From Haliotis rubra (lineage: Eukaryota), in NCBI RefSeq assembly GCF_003918875.1, contig NW_025764892.1, forward strand, positions 930,001-994,000: a stretch of 64,000 nt of DNA, given 5' to 3'. Both the position numbers and the translations under genes were made by a program. The notes beneath the pieces were generated by a model, which saw only the letters and a list, made by a program, of their open reading frames with translations, had not been told where the DNA came from and ran no database searches. The stretch's first letter is position 1. Each line of letters opens with the position of its first letter. This document shows positions 1 through 13,261 of this stretch, piece by piece.

Positions 1-344
1 TATATGTCTTTCTCACATTTGATTTTCTGTTTCCCTCCTTTCATTTTCTTCAATTTGCGACACACGTTTCCACATTGTGTAGCTAGCCTGTTTTCGATTC
101 TATCATTCTGGTGAATCTTGATGTATGCAAGCTGAGAGTTGAGGATGTCAACCATTGTCAAATTGCCATACTCTTCTTTTGCTTTGTTTAAATTTTTAAG
201 GAAGAGATTTGTCATTTGCAAAGACACTGCGAATTTATCATCTTTCCTTAGGTATTTTGAGTTGATACATGGGCTTGGTTCCCCTTTCAGAGAAACAGTG
301 TCCTTGAACTTACTCAGTTGTAAGTTACTCAGGTTGTCTGACAT
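1..344 (-). CDS. Open reading frame running off the left edge (114+ aa, MSDNLSNLQLSKFKDTVSLKGEP...RIENRLATQCGNVCRKLKKMKGGKQK...); possibly the 5' part of a transposon-encoded protein
   Basis: Manual translation from ATG at 344 has no stop before base 1, so it is absent from the ORF track. No family recognised. Confidence 0.4.
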   Translation of the reverse strand, partial: MSDNLSNLQLSKFKDTVSLKGEPSPCINSKYLRKDDKFAVSLQMTNLFLKNLNKAKEEYGNLTMVDILNSQLAYIKIHQNDRIENRLATQCGNVCRKLKKMKGGKQKIKCEKDI

Positions 345-450
345 TGTGTATGTTTCAAGAGCTTAAAAATAGTATGAAAATGACAAAGAAACAAACAACT
401 CAACAAGGTGAATGTTCAAAACATTGTACATATATCAGAATGATTATTGT

Positions 451-983
451 TTAATGATGGATCATGTCCAAGGTGCAAGCTCGTGTGCGAGCCTGAAACA
501 CAACTGTCTCCACAGGGATGCTTATCTTGGCGATTCGGCCGTCATGCACGGTGTACTTGGTCCTTTGTCTCAGGCAGGGTTTGGCCCTGACCGGAAACTC
601 AACACATGTGCCTTCGCCGTGTTTGTCAATGTTATACCACCAGTAGGGTGGGAGACACAGATGTTCTAGCTCTTCTCTACCAAGAAGAGTTTCTCTGTCA
701 GCCCTAAATAAGGCCCTAAACACGTTTAAATGACAGGGGACTGAAAACTTTAGGCCCCGAGTCTTCAGTCTTGACTGAAACGACTGCCCAACGTCACGGG
801 AAAAGGTCTCTCGTTGACTATCTGATATCTCGGGTTGGTCGTACGAGCGTCGGATGCTGGCTGGAATGTGCTGATCCGGTTCCCAGGTCGACTGCTCAAT
901 AGGATACCCCTGCCACTTGACAAGATATTCTGTACCCTAAACAGAGGAGGAAAAACATGTATTAACACACGCTCCTTATACAT
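451..983 (-). pseudogene. Small, probably disrupted ORF upstream of the edge ORF (...LPPYWWYNIDKHGEGTCVEFPVRAKP...), likely mobile-element derived
   Basis: Track ORFs 765-983 and 451-723 on the same strand, with protein-like composition and higher GC than the flanks. Family not identified. Confidence 0.3.
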
Positions 984-2013
984 TTACGACATGACGTTTT
1001 CAAATCGACGAGTGGGTTCACTTTGTTCAACGTAAAAACAACACTACACGGTGCTAATTGATTCCAAATTATATTAGATAGATCTGTAATTGTTATTCTA
1101 TCTATTTGATAATTAACCACCTGACACACAATGAACTAAACGAACCTCAATCAACGATGTTAAGGCAAATACCGGAGTTAATCCTGCTTTTGTAAGGGAA
1201 CCGTATTAACGTAATTAAGTATTAACTGTTTTGTTGCGGTAATGAAAACAGTTGCTACAATGACCGTATGTTCTGTCTTCATTTCCGCCCATTTCGATGT
1301 ATTGTTCACTCACATTCTGACTATATCACACTTGACTGACAAAACACAAGGACAGAATTAACATGCTCTCACGTGTGGCAACATGCAAATGCAGTCAGCC
1401 GAATAAGACATTGATTTACCGAATTCATTTTGTTCTTGGTCTTAATTTTGTGTGTCTTGTTTTATTGACACCTGTGTGTCTGCCTGCCTGTCTGCTAGTG
1501 ACAATATTCAATACACAACTGCGATCACTGACCACATGCAATTTGAACTTAACACCAATCAGGCTATACACCATAAACAAAACGCATTGATTTATGGCCC
1601 GAGTTCAGTCTCTGTCACATTATGTAATTACACAGACAGGCAGGTGTGATACTTGAACACATGACATGTTATGATGTCTGTTGATTGCAAAATGTTATAC
1701 ACAAAAAATGAGCATGTATTTACAAAACCCAACATCTCTATATAAACACACACAATTAGCCGTGAAGGCGGCATCTGCAAATGAACCAGCCGTTACACTT
1801 GAGTGCACACCCACCCGCTCTGACTGGGTTCGGTATCCCGGCTGCTTCGTTTCGAGGGAGGTAAACCGAAGTACAAAATATTGCACTTTTGATTTCCTAT
1901 TATACGCTAATAATTTTGTTCATTTGTTTTTTCATAATCAGCAATGCATATTATATGTCATGAAGAAGTGATAATTGTGTTTTAATTATGTTTGATTTTT
2001 TGGTTGCATGTGA

Positions 2014-4410
2014 CCTTTAAAGAACAGGCAATTCCAAGTCCGAGTGGGTTCAACCCTGTCTGAGCATTATAATCAGGATCAGGGAGTCCCGCAAGGCAGT
2101 ATTTTGTCTGTAGCAGTCTTTAGCATCAATATTAACAGTTTATCAAAGGTTTTAAATGATTCAATTGATGGATCACTTTTTGTGGATGATTTTAATATAT
2201 CTTGTCGCGGTAAGAATATGCATACTATTGAACGGCAAATGCAGCTGTGTTTAAATAAAATACATAAATGGTGTCTTGAAAACGGCTTTAAATTTTCTAA
2301 ATCCAAAACTAACTGTATACATTTTTGTAGAAAATATAAGCCGCATAAAGACCCGGAACTGTTTCTCAATGGCACTCCCATCAAAGTTGTAAAGGAGGCC
2401 AAGTTCTTGGGTTTAATTTTTGACTCGCATCTAACTTTTCTTCCCCATATCAAGTCCCTAAAGACTAAATGCTTGAAAGCACTTGACTTGTTGAAAGTCG
2501 TTTCCAATTCTAAATGGGGAGGGGATCATGCTACCCTCCTACACCTATATCGATCATTGGTACGTTCCAAACTTGATTATGGCTCCATCGCTTATGGTGG
2601 AGCCTGCAACAGTAATCTAAAACTTTTAGATTCTGTCCACCACCAAGGTCTAAGACTATGTCTTGGTTCCTTTAGAACTTCACCTGTTGACAGCCTTTAC
2701 GTCGAGGCTGATGAGCCATCTCTTACACAACGCCGTATAAAATTAACTTTACAGTATATAACAAAACTTTATTCCAATGAGTCAAACCCTGCATATAACT
2801 GTGTCTTTAATCCACTATATGAAGATCTGTATAACAAGAAGCCTTCTCTTGTTCCGCCTCTTGGTATAAGAGTGAAACCTTTCCTTTCTGCTGCTGGCAT
2901 TGAGCTAGAACATATAGCTCCTTCCCGTTTTCTTTCTTCTCCTCCTTGGCAATTGGTACGGCCACAAGTTGATCTAACATTAACTACATTTAAAAAATCA
3001 GAAACAAACGAATTACAGTATAAACAAGAATTAGTCAATTAAGAAATAAATATAATACATACAAATCCTTATTTACAGATGGGTCCAAGGATGGTGGCGC
3101 AGTGGCATGTGCACCACTGTCATTGGATCCCGAACAATATCTTCTAGAATACCGGATAACACCTCTATATTTACAGCAGAAGCAAACGCCATCTTAACAG
3201 CTCTTAAATATATTAATAAACACCGTAAATATAAACAATATATCATCTTTTCAGATTCTCTTTCGTGTCTTCAGGCTATTAAAAATCTTTCTTGCAAACA
3301 TCCACTTTTATTAGAAATTATTGAATTGTACAATGAACTTGCTACTGGCCAATGCGACATCGTCTTTTGTTGGTTACCCAGCCACGTTGGCATTTCTGGG
3401 AACACAATGGCTGATATTGCTGCTAAGGCAGCACTCAACAAATCTGTGACACCACTTCTGATCCCATACTCTGATTACAAAGCTGCTATAAGATCTTATA
3501 TCCGTGATCTGATGCAAAAGAAGTGGGACACCCAAGTAGGTATCAATAAATTATATGCAATAAACCCCTATATCGGTTACACTTACTTGGGTTGTCAGTC
3601 CAGATTTGAAGAGGTCATTATGCGACGATGTCGTATTGGCCACACTAGATATACGCATGAGTACCTATTAATAGGTGAGGATCCTCCGTTTTGTATCCCT
3701 TGTGATGAACGAATCACGGTCAAGCATGTCTTGCTTGACTGTGTTGAGTACTCCATCACAAAGGATATCTATTTCAAATCCCGAACTATGAAGGATCTTT
3801 TTTACTAATGTAAGTCCTCATTTAATTATTGCTTTTTTAAAAGAATTAAATTTGTTAACAGATTTGTAAATAGCTAAATATTTTATGATTGGAAGTTTGA
3901 ATTAGTAACATAGATTGTTAGTGGCTGTATCCTCGAGGGGGGGTAAAGCACTGTAAAATTATTGTCCTCCTGAGAGGGTACGTAAGTTCCAAAACATTCA
4001 AAGTAAATTTCAACTTTCCGTTTTTTAATCGTAGAATATTTGTAATTTTAATGTATGGCTAGATATGTCTTAATTGCTAACGGCTGAGGGGATGATATAA
4101 ATCCAGCTAGGGCCCATGCAGGAAGCAAATGTACTGTAAGTCCCCATGGTCCCTAGTATGGTGATCTACCTTCAGTTGTTAGCGATCTATAGCCCATTTT
4201 TTAGATTGTGTTGTCCCCTATGGTTAAAATGTTTTAGATTCAATTACTAGTTTTACATATATATATCTGTGATATTCTAGTTGCTTTACTGTCCTTCGCT
4301 GACAGGTTTTATAATATATACATATTCCATTACAATGTAAAATGTTCTCGTCACGATATGGCTGAAATATTGCCGATGTGACGTTAAATATTAACTCACT
4401 CACTCACTCA
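2014..4410 (+). mobile_element. 5'-truncated non-LTR retrotransposon, I group (I/Nimb-like): RT + RNase H + C-terminal Cys/His motif, about 550-bp 3' UTR and (ACTC)n tail
   Basis: RT motifs GVPQGSILS, LFVDD, KFLG; RNase H motifs FTDGSK (3072), IFTAEA, IFSDSLS, WLPSHVGISGN; CIPC..KHVLLDC. Ends ...gatgtgacgttaaatattaactcactcactcactca. Confidence 0.95.
2044..3808 (+). pseudogene. LINE ORF2 remnant (reverse transcriptase-RNase H), frameshifted near 3030 and 3110
   Basis: Track ORFs 2044-3042 and 3107-3808; the FTDGSK segment lies in a third frame between them. Confidence 0.9.
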
Positions 4411-6658
4411 TCAATCGTTAACACAATCGGCAGATATATAACCTACATTTCACATGCTTGTAAATTATCTCGATTATCACTAGTCGTCTAAAGCGCCGCA
4501 TGCCAGAAAATATTGGTCGCAATTTAGATCCCAAGTTAGCCCACATAGCATTTTTTTGTCCACGGGTTTCACCAACGTTGTAAACTTCTCTACTATGGGC
4601 TTTCCTCCAACTTTAAGCCTCAGACAGCACTGTTAACGCACTCACTTTCTGACTTTTATACACAAACAAGGCTAATGCAGTTTTCATTTGGTCTTTCTGT
4701 GTTAAATTTCATATCAAAGCATGGGATAGTTGATACATAAAGCTGTAAAATAATATGTAGGCTAAATAGACCAGTTAGAATGTTGATGAATGCAGCTTTA
4801 AACAACACGTTTTATTTTTACATTTGTCTAAAACATATGTCGATTTGACCTTCGTTTAATCTGAAATGAGCCCATAAAAGTTGACATTACTAAATAATGT
4901 CTATTAGAAACAACTAAGTCGATTCTACGATTCTGACTACAGCATTAGTTTCTGTGTATGAACCACAATGAAATAGTGATGATACTAGATGTGTTATTAT
5001 ATACCATTGGCACGCAAAGCTAGTCAATAGTTCACTTGGAAATATAAACACACACAAAAAAACACGGGAACATATAGTTCAAGTCAGAACAGGGCAATGC
5101 ATCCGACATTTCTGGCCATGTTTTAACCTTGATCGAACAACTAAGCTTGAGTCGTTGAGCTATGTCGTTCTTTGAAACGTTGGGTAAAAGAACATTCTCG
5201 ACTGTAACTCAAACGGTGCGAAATGTAAACACCAAGTCATTATGATTCTCGACACAAATGGGAGGTTGACATTGGAGAGTTGAACAGTCTTGCTGAGATG
5301 TATTTATTCTGAATCTTTCTGCCCAGGTTTAAATATGAGACAGACACGTTATCTCCCTGGCATTGGCTAGCTGATGGTTATCGAACGATGGTTACCATCG
5401 ATTTACTGGACATTAAATGGGAACGTCTTTTCCTTATCATCTTGAATTGCCATTGCCAATACGAGCAGAAATTCCGATTCATATCAATATCAGAAAGAGA
5501 TAAGCAAGAAGGGACCACACTTTGTGCCATTTGGATTCCATAGATGTTGGCAATAATGTTATCCAGCATTTCGCATACAGTTTCCTCAGAAAACTGCAGA
5601 TAACACATGCTTTCGATTTGGATAAATTGTATTTAGCCCCTGACAATATATTTGTGACTGCATGTAACCACAGCAAGTAGTAACTAAATAACACGGATCA
5701 AAACACGAAGGTAAACTGCACAAATAAAAACACCATAACTGTAATAGAGTAAACATTTGACCTTGACTACATCACAACACGGTATTGTACATGCACCCCC
5801 GCTCACCTCCAAATATAGCATGACACACAAAACAGCGATAACCGTCCAAGGTAAAGAGTGCCTCGGTAATGATTCACACTTGCCGATCATCTGCCATTGA
5901 GTACAATATAGAGATTGTTGTGATACCAACCTGACATGTGTGATGGTATGATGTTTGTGCGATTCTGTGTGCAGATGTTTTCCTCTTTGAGATGTAGATC
6001 ATGGCTCATATGACTGTTCAAAGTTTGATCCATTGCTGCCTTCAGTCTGGCTTATAGCAAAGTATACGGTGTTTGTTTGTGCATATTATATCTTTAGAAT
6101 GACAACACTCTTGTTTGGTGGTGGAGTACATTTCCAAATTTGACACTTCAGTGACAGAAAGATAGGTGCGCAAACATCCATGACCTATTCTTACAAGACC
6201 TAAGTTACCTGCCGCTAATCCAGTGAGAGTAATGTATTTCTGTGTGGCGTGTGCTTGAAATTCTAAATATATGTTACTGTTGAAGCATCGCTTCATCCTT
6301 TGAACATCATATCTCAAGGGGAGGTGATATATCGACCAGCTTTGTTGGGTAGGAGCATTGTGACGCACATATTTACTCACTGTATAGATTGAGTTACACA
6401 TTTTGAGTTGGGCCGAGACATACACCCAAGCCATTGTGACTCCACCTTGTTTCAGGTATGAGTACATTTAGGATCTGTTCTGGTTGCCATTTTATGGGTG
6501 CTAAATATCACAAAAACTATGGCTCGTGACTTAATTCTGCATACATGCTCGTATGTTTCCCCCACTGAGTGTGCATCTGAGTGTGTAGCTTATTTTGTGG
6601 TATGAATCCGAATGTTACGTGAAACAAATTTGTTTGAAGCTGATGACTGCTACACTTG

Positions 6659-6935
6659 TGTCGTTTCGGTCATTTGAACGTGTGTATTTTACTTTCATAA
6701 ACGACAAACAATCGTTTCTGATATAACCTGTAATATAACAAATTACACAAGGACGTCTCGTTTTGGGTGCCTAATAGTACATGGACATTGTCACTTAAGT
6801 CGTTTCGGTCATTTTAACGTGTGTATTTTACTTTCATAAACGACAAAAATTCAAATATAAACGCCGCTTTAATAAAACAAATTACACAAGGACGTCTCGT
6901 TTTTTGGTACCTGATAGTAGCAGGACATTGTCGCA
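6659..6935. repeat. Tandem duplication, about 140-bp unit x2
   Basis: gtcgtttcggtcattt.aacgtgtgtattttactttcataaacgacaaa at 6660 and 6799; aaattacacaaggacgtctcgtttt also occurs twice. Confidence 0.85.
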
Positions 6936-6959
6936 TACAGATGATAAAGGTAGACTTAA

Positions 6960-7740
6960 GCAATAAGCTTTATTGAGTGTTGCAAGACATTTACATATCA
7001 CGATTGCACTTTAATCACAAACGTTCAATTTCAATTTATTTCTCGAAATACCATCAACCGTGGTACATGAGAATACAAACTTAGAATATTCATATAAACT
7101 AGCATGTCAAGATGGCAAAAAAAAAAAAAAACAACAGAAGAAGAAGTTTATGTATCTTTGTGGACTTAAATATTACATTAATATGCTTAGATAGGGGTTT
7201 TAGACAGTTTGTTGACTTTCCATATAATGTAATTGAATTCAGGTAAGAAGACAAATATGCTTGTCTGTATGGTATTAAAGCTTCGCATTTGAACAGATAA
7301 TGGAGTTCATCTCCCACTGCATAAATCACACACGCGATATTCTCTGGGAACATTTGCCCAAAGACAAACCTCTACAGGTAGGTGTTGATTACCTTTTCGG
7401 AATCTTAAAATAGGGAAATAGATATGTTTTAGCAGAAAGAGATATCTCTCAAATTCTATATAGGTTTTTAAGATACGGTAAAAAGAGGATTTGGTGCTTT
7501 GTATCATTGAGGTATGCCATTTCCGTAGAAATTGGTCTTTGAGGATCTGTTCGATCTTTAAAGAGAGAAACTTAGTTGCACAGAGAAATGGATTGTAAAA
7601 TATTTCAGTTAAACTGCAGTCATACAATGTCTTTCTTACATATTCAATCAACGGAAATACATTATTTTCAGCACTAACTTGCAACATGATAGAATAAATA
7701 TTATGTGATAGTTTGGTTTGGCAGGGGTTTGTTATCACAA
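6960..7740 (-). mobile_element. Degenerate 3' end of a second LINE type (RTE-X/L2-like)
   Basis: ORFs 7307-7738 and 7099-7353 join to give ...FRKGNQHLPVEV..W.NVPREYRVCDLC..GDELHYLFKC, the CxxC...H...C motif of LINE ORF2 C-termini. AATAAA on the minus strand near 6970. Confidence 0.7.
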
Positions 7741-9068
7741 ACTAAAGTTGTCATGAATTGGTTGCAATGACAAAATCACCATTGGCGGAAGGTAGAGGAT
7801 GCTTTCACCTGAGCAGAGTGTATGCTTTGTTATTTTAACAGGAAAATCTTGCTAAGTTGATCACAGATTTATTCACGACCAAGCCCTATTCTTTTCTGTG
7901 ACCTCGCCGACCAGTAGAACAGAAATGCGTTCCGCATAAGCCATTGTCATTGCCTATAGATGGTTGTGTTCGTGAGCATTGCAGAAGCAAACCGACAAAC
8001 TTATTCTCTATTCTCGGATGTGTATATTTTATTTGGAATTCAATACTGCAACACTCAAATTTATGTTTTAAACGCTACGAACTGGAATTCATGATTATGT
8101 CATAATATTGTAAATGTTTGATTGGAATTAACATGATTGTACCAATTGCTTCTAATCACAAACTGATTTTCAGAGAAATGTAAAATGTTTATATGTACTT
8201 GTATATGAGAAATTGCAATAATCATGTCAAAAATATTAATCCTTTTTACATGAACATTTAGCATATGAAATGTCTCATTCTGTATTCAAAAATAGCTGAA
8301 ACATTTGCACTTTAGGTAAAACAACAGTTATACGTACACATTAAAAAGTACTCAAACATAAGCATTAGTTTGTATATCATAGATTAGATGGCTTTAGTAT
8401 ACAGATTAAATATCAAATACTGAATCCGTGAAACCCACGTCAGATGGCAAGTTGAAGCAAATAAGCATAAGTGAAAATACAAGTAAGCCTATTCCTATAT
8501 CAAATAGGACTCTTCGCATAGGCCGAACACAACTTTCCGTTCAGAAGATGATAAACAATCATGGACCTGCTGGGTGTCACTGACACAAGTGGTACATGGA
8601 ACACTATTACGCGCCAGCTTAACTAAGTATGTCAAACTGACGGATATTTGGAGGTCTTTAGGCTTGGGGGCATTAACGCATGTGAGTGAATCTGGTAGTA
8701 GTTCAACAATGAATGTTAGTTTTTATGTGGGCAAATTCTGACTTTCAAAATACGCTACTGCATCTCGCACGAGAAGCTTTGTCTACCTATTAACATGACC
8801 AAGTATGTGTCTGTTTTATATGATCTGGATTGAAATATTCCAAGTGCTAAGAGTGGCTGTCTATTTGAAAGGCCATTTTGTGGTGTTTTTCTTATAATTA
8901 TTTCAGTTCTGAAAATATCCCGATGTTAACACCTCCAAACATTACCCACGGAATTAGAACTCGACATTGTGCTTTCATGAAAATGTCTATTAAGTCACGC
9001 ACTGAAATAACCCCGTCAGCAGTATCGGTCACAACTGACAGATAATTGTTGGTTTCTTGAATGTTTTT

Positions 9069-12000
9069 CTATTCCTGTGATGACTCAGAGGTGTTGTCGT
9101 GAACCACACGTCCAAACCATGTTGGTATGATCAGGGAGTCATTGTCAGACGAAGATATGCTGCTTAATGTAGAGTCATTTACAGTTAAGTCGCTCTCCCG
9201 TCGTACAAGTGGACTGTAAAAACGCTGACCCGCAGAGGGATCCAACTGTTCCTCGTAGATTTCATTGTAAGTGTTCCTACTGTACAGAGGTTGAACAGTG
9301 TCCACCGATCGCTGTGGATTTTCCCTCGCTCTCGTCGACAGTTTCTGCAGTCTAAAGTAAAATCATGCAATTACTTACAACTTACAAGGCCAGTGGAAGG
9401 AGCTGTAAATTGTAAGCTGTTTCCAATGAAAGGTTTTGTTGTATAAAGACATCTACAAAACAATAACAAAGGTTTATAAGTACTACAATTACACGGTATT
9501 TATACATATACATCTTACGTACCCTCAAACAAAAATATTTTTTCCTATAGTTGTGTGTCCTCAGTCATAATATTAGCCATGAGGACATATGAGGACATAT
9601 CATTAATCCTCAGTCGTGCCATTTTACCAGGTTTCCTAATTATAGTTAGACGTGTATATCACGTCTCAATCTTGCCACTCTTACTCACGATCTTACTATC
9701 TTTCGATAGTGAAACTAAAACTCTGCTCAATTAGAGGAAATCACACTTGAAACTAACTTTCTTTTCCGTGATAAGACAGATTAAACCTTTTGACCTGAAT
9801 TTTGAACTTTAAAAGGTATTATCACTTTCAAATGTAATGACAGATTAATTCTGGTTAGAGTATGAACTATTGCGCATTCGACTTGTGAAGATCCGGGCTA
9901 GAATTGATCTTCAGTAACCCATGCTTGTCGTAAGAGGCGACTAACGGGATCGGGTGGTCAGGCTTGCTGGCTTGGTTGACACATGTCATCGGTTCCCAAT
10001 TGCGTAGATCGATGCTCATGCTTTTGATCACTGGATTGTCTGGTCCAGACACGATTATTAACAGACCGCCGCCATATAGCTGGAATATTGCTGAGTACGG
10101 CGTAAAACTACTCTCACTCACTCATCATTGCGCATTCCCTTCGATTGTCGTAAAAAAACTGAGATCGGGTACCGACTCAGTTCTGAAGTTGTGATATGCC
10201 TGAAACGTAGCTCTGTCTACTCCAGTAACCAAACACACACACAGACACATACACGCACACACGTACGCACACACACACGCACGCACACACACACACACAT
10301 ATACACACTCATGTTGTTTGCTAAAAACTATTTATGGAGACTCATTTGCTCTAAAAAAAGGCTACACTTAATTATATACAGTATATTATTGAAACAATTC
10401 CATGATAAGATTTAATTACGTGGTGTAAACTGACAAATAGTAAACAATACTGTATTGTTCTGCAAATATTTTATCACGGAACACAGTAATGAATATACTC
10501 CTTGAGTTACGTGTATGAAGATTATGATGATCCTGACATAATTGAACAATGTGTTAAAAAAATACATGGCTGCAAAGACGATATGCATGGCATGTTCTGC
10601 CTGATATTGCAAGTACCGTTTGTTGACAAAAATAGCACAATGCTTCTCGTTTGATAGTAAATTATAGCGAACAGCTATTGACATTAGAAGATGAAAACGA
10701 CTTGTCATACAAATGATTTTTCCGCTAAGTACATAACTCACCTGACAACATATCTGATGGAAAATGACAACATTTTATGAATGTATCTTGATATTACATA
10801 TATTGCACGGAAGTACATTTTGTATATCGCCTCCACTAAAGACCTATAGCAAAGTGAAATAGCTAATACCATATCCTCCTTTTCAGTATATATACTCAAG
10901 AATGACCTTCCCCTCAACATAACACATCGTCATTACTAGCACATTCAATACTATAAATATGTCCACTTTATACTATCGGTAACTTTGGTCAAAATTAGAC
11001 AAAGCCTTCCAACATATCCATTTGTAGTGGGCTGCTTTAAAATGGTCTGTGAACAAAGGTACATATTACTTGCCTTTCAAATGTTAAAACACTACAAATC
11101 ATGAGCATATTAGTGTCTCCATTACTAAGAAAACCCAGTTGTGACTTCAACTTACCTATGGCTAAGTATGCAGATCAGAATAGCAGCAGTGGCCCCGAAG
11201 ATGATTAATCCGATTACAAGTGGGTTCGTGGCGGACTGGGCAGATGGAACCTTGGAAGATGTTGCATCTGAAACATTACCATAGTGGTGCAAATGACAAT
11301 GAACTGCGGCCTTTTAAAAAGAAATAAGAAGTTTACTGATACCATGTTTTAATTTCTATTTCCTTAACTTTTCAAACCGAGTCTCTGTCTTACATGTACA
11401 GTGATTCATGTATGTATCCATCTGATCTGTTCTGTGGAGGATAACATCACATCATGCAGTTAATATACACAACCGATCAGTATGCATTGAACGATACGTA
11501 CCAAAGGTTGTCATTTGTATAATATCAATACAGTGTCCATCGTTGCGTTCACAAAGGCCTGACTGGCAGTTAGTGCAGGTCTGTTTGCAGTCCACTCCAT
11601 AGTACCCGTCCTTACATTCAAAGCAGAAACCAGTTTTCATCTCACAAACATCATCTTTACAATTGTAGCATCGCAGATGACACGTTTCCTTATAGTAACC
11701 ATTAACACACTTCATGCAATGGCCTGTGGTTTGATTACATCTCATGTCTTGGCATCTGGAACTACAGCCGTCTGTGCATTGTTGACCTCTGAAGCCATCC
11801 TTACACCCATTCATACATCTGCCTGTGTGTTGATCGCATACAGGTGAACATTCTCCGGTTGCACTTGATTTAGACTGACAAAATGGAATACAATTTTCAG
11901 AACATGGAGTGTCACATTTGTCCCCATGAAACCCATTGATGCATCCTTCAGGGCAGCCTGAACTTGAACACTTTCCCAAACAGTTGGTACAGTCAGTTTC

Positions 12001-13261
12001 ACAGTTGTCTCCAGTGTAATGGGTGTCACATTTCTGACATACCCCAGAAGTGAAGTTACACTGTTTACATCTAGGCAGACATTTGTCACCACACACGTGG
12101 CTATCCGAGCAGTGTTTCCTGCAGACACCATTCCTGTAACATCCTTCAGCACAGGAAATCGGACATTCATTCTCACAAAATTCACCTACATGACGTTTTT
12201 TACATTTCATACAATCATTTGCTCTTCGTTGGCTACATTTTAAACAGTTTGGTAAACATGGAATGTTGCATAGTTTCCCCGAAAATCCATCTTTGCAGCC
12301 ATGTTCACAGACAATGATTCCACCAGTAGTCACTCTGCATGTTCCCATGAGGCAGTTATTACCTGGTGAACAAGCATGAGTTGAACTCGTCGAAGTCGTT
12401 GCACAAGCTGGTTCCCTACACGTTTCACTCATGTTTAAGACTGAAACAGGACAAATGGGACAATCAGTATGTTGTATTGCCCATGGTAATAAGTGTTTCA
12501 CATAACAACAAATATATTTAGGCCTAAACTCGCATATTCATTTATAATGATATCGCCACTCAACACAAGCAATACATGCTTGTGGTTGAGTTCCAAAACA
12601 ATACGCCCTATGGTCTTATCTCTCTTTAGATACGCAAAATATTTCAAAGATTGTTGTAAAACATTGATGACTATCTCTGTTGGTCTAGGCACTGATCAAG
12701 AAGATAGGTTAGGTGTGCATGTTCTCACCATGACAGGTAAATTCGCATGCTTAATTTGTCATGGATTCTGATAAATCAATATAGAATTTGGACGGATGCT
12801 AGTACGTATTGGGTCGAGATCATTCCCTTAACCAGTTTAGTGATTGATGTGTCACCATGTTAGCAAAAAGACTTACAGTTATTTTCAGAGTGCCAAACAT
12901 TATTGTTTCCTGTGTATCCGTATTCATTATAATGCATTTGTAAAATTATACACATGATGTAGTTTCACATTCTCATTTATAAGAAGATACATACCCGTGT
13001 TGCAGATAACTGCGAGGGCAATACATCTCCATATCCCTGAAGAATACCTGAAATAGTAATATTGTGTATATATTATAACAACTCGTGATCAGATTGCTCT
13101 ATATTCATACCCAGTTACACACCTGAAGCAGGGTATGAGTGCTTCTGTACAATATCAAAATAGTTGCACGGCTACTTTCCAGTGAGAAGTGAAATAACTG
13201 CTGAATATAACATTATTTCCACAATAACGGGACTAATTGAAAACACTTACATTCTATACAT
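9069..13261 (-). CDS. Type-I membrane receptor with multiple EGF-like/laminin-EGF repeats (MEGF10/SCARF1/Draper-like), 465 aa, apparently intact
   Basis: Exons 13251-13261, 12995-13047, 11502-12440, 11156-11267, 9069-9351; all GT-AG with consistent phases (1398 nt). Signal peptide MYRMYSSGIWRCIALAVICNT; Cys-rich repeats C..G[FY].G..C...C...C; TM LVIGLIIFGATAAILICIL; 94-aa Tyr/Ser-rich tail. Confidence 0.9.
9880..10126 (+). mobile_element. SINE family B (central tgcttgtcgtaagaggcgactaa, V-domain-like), full copy
   Basis: 11-bp TSD attgcgcattc (9869-9879 / 10127-10137); LINE-like 3' end with ACTC tail; eight related copies or fragments elsewhere in the window. Confidence 0.9.
10232..10308. repeat. 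Imperfect (CA)n microsatellite
   Basis: Read directly from the sequence. Confidence 0.95.

Noticed and set aside
5378-6467. Cluster of minus-strand ORFs
   Set aside because: No recognisable domain, splice structure or termini; possibly a decayed element but unsupported.
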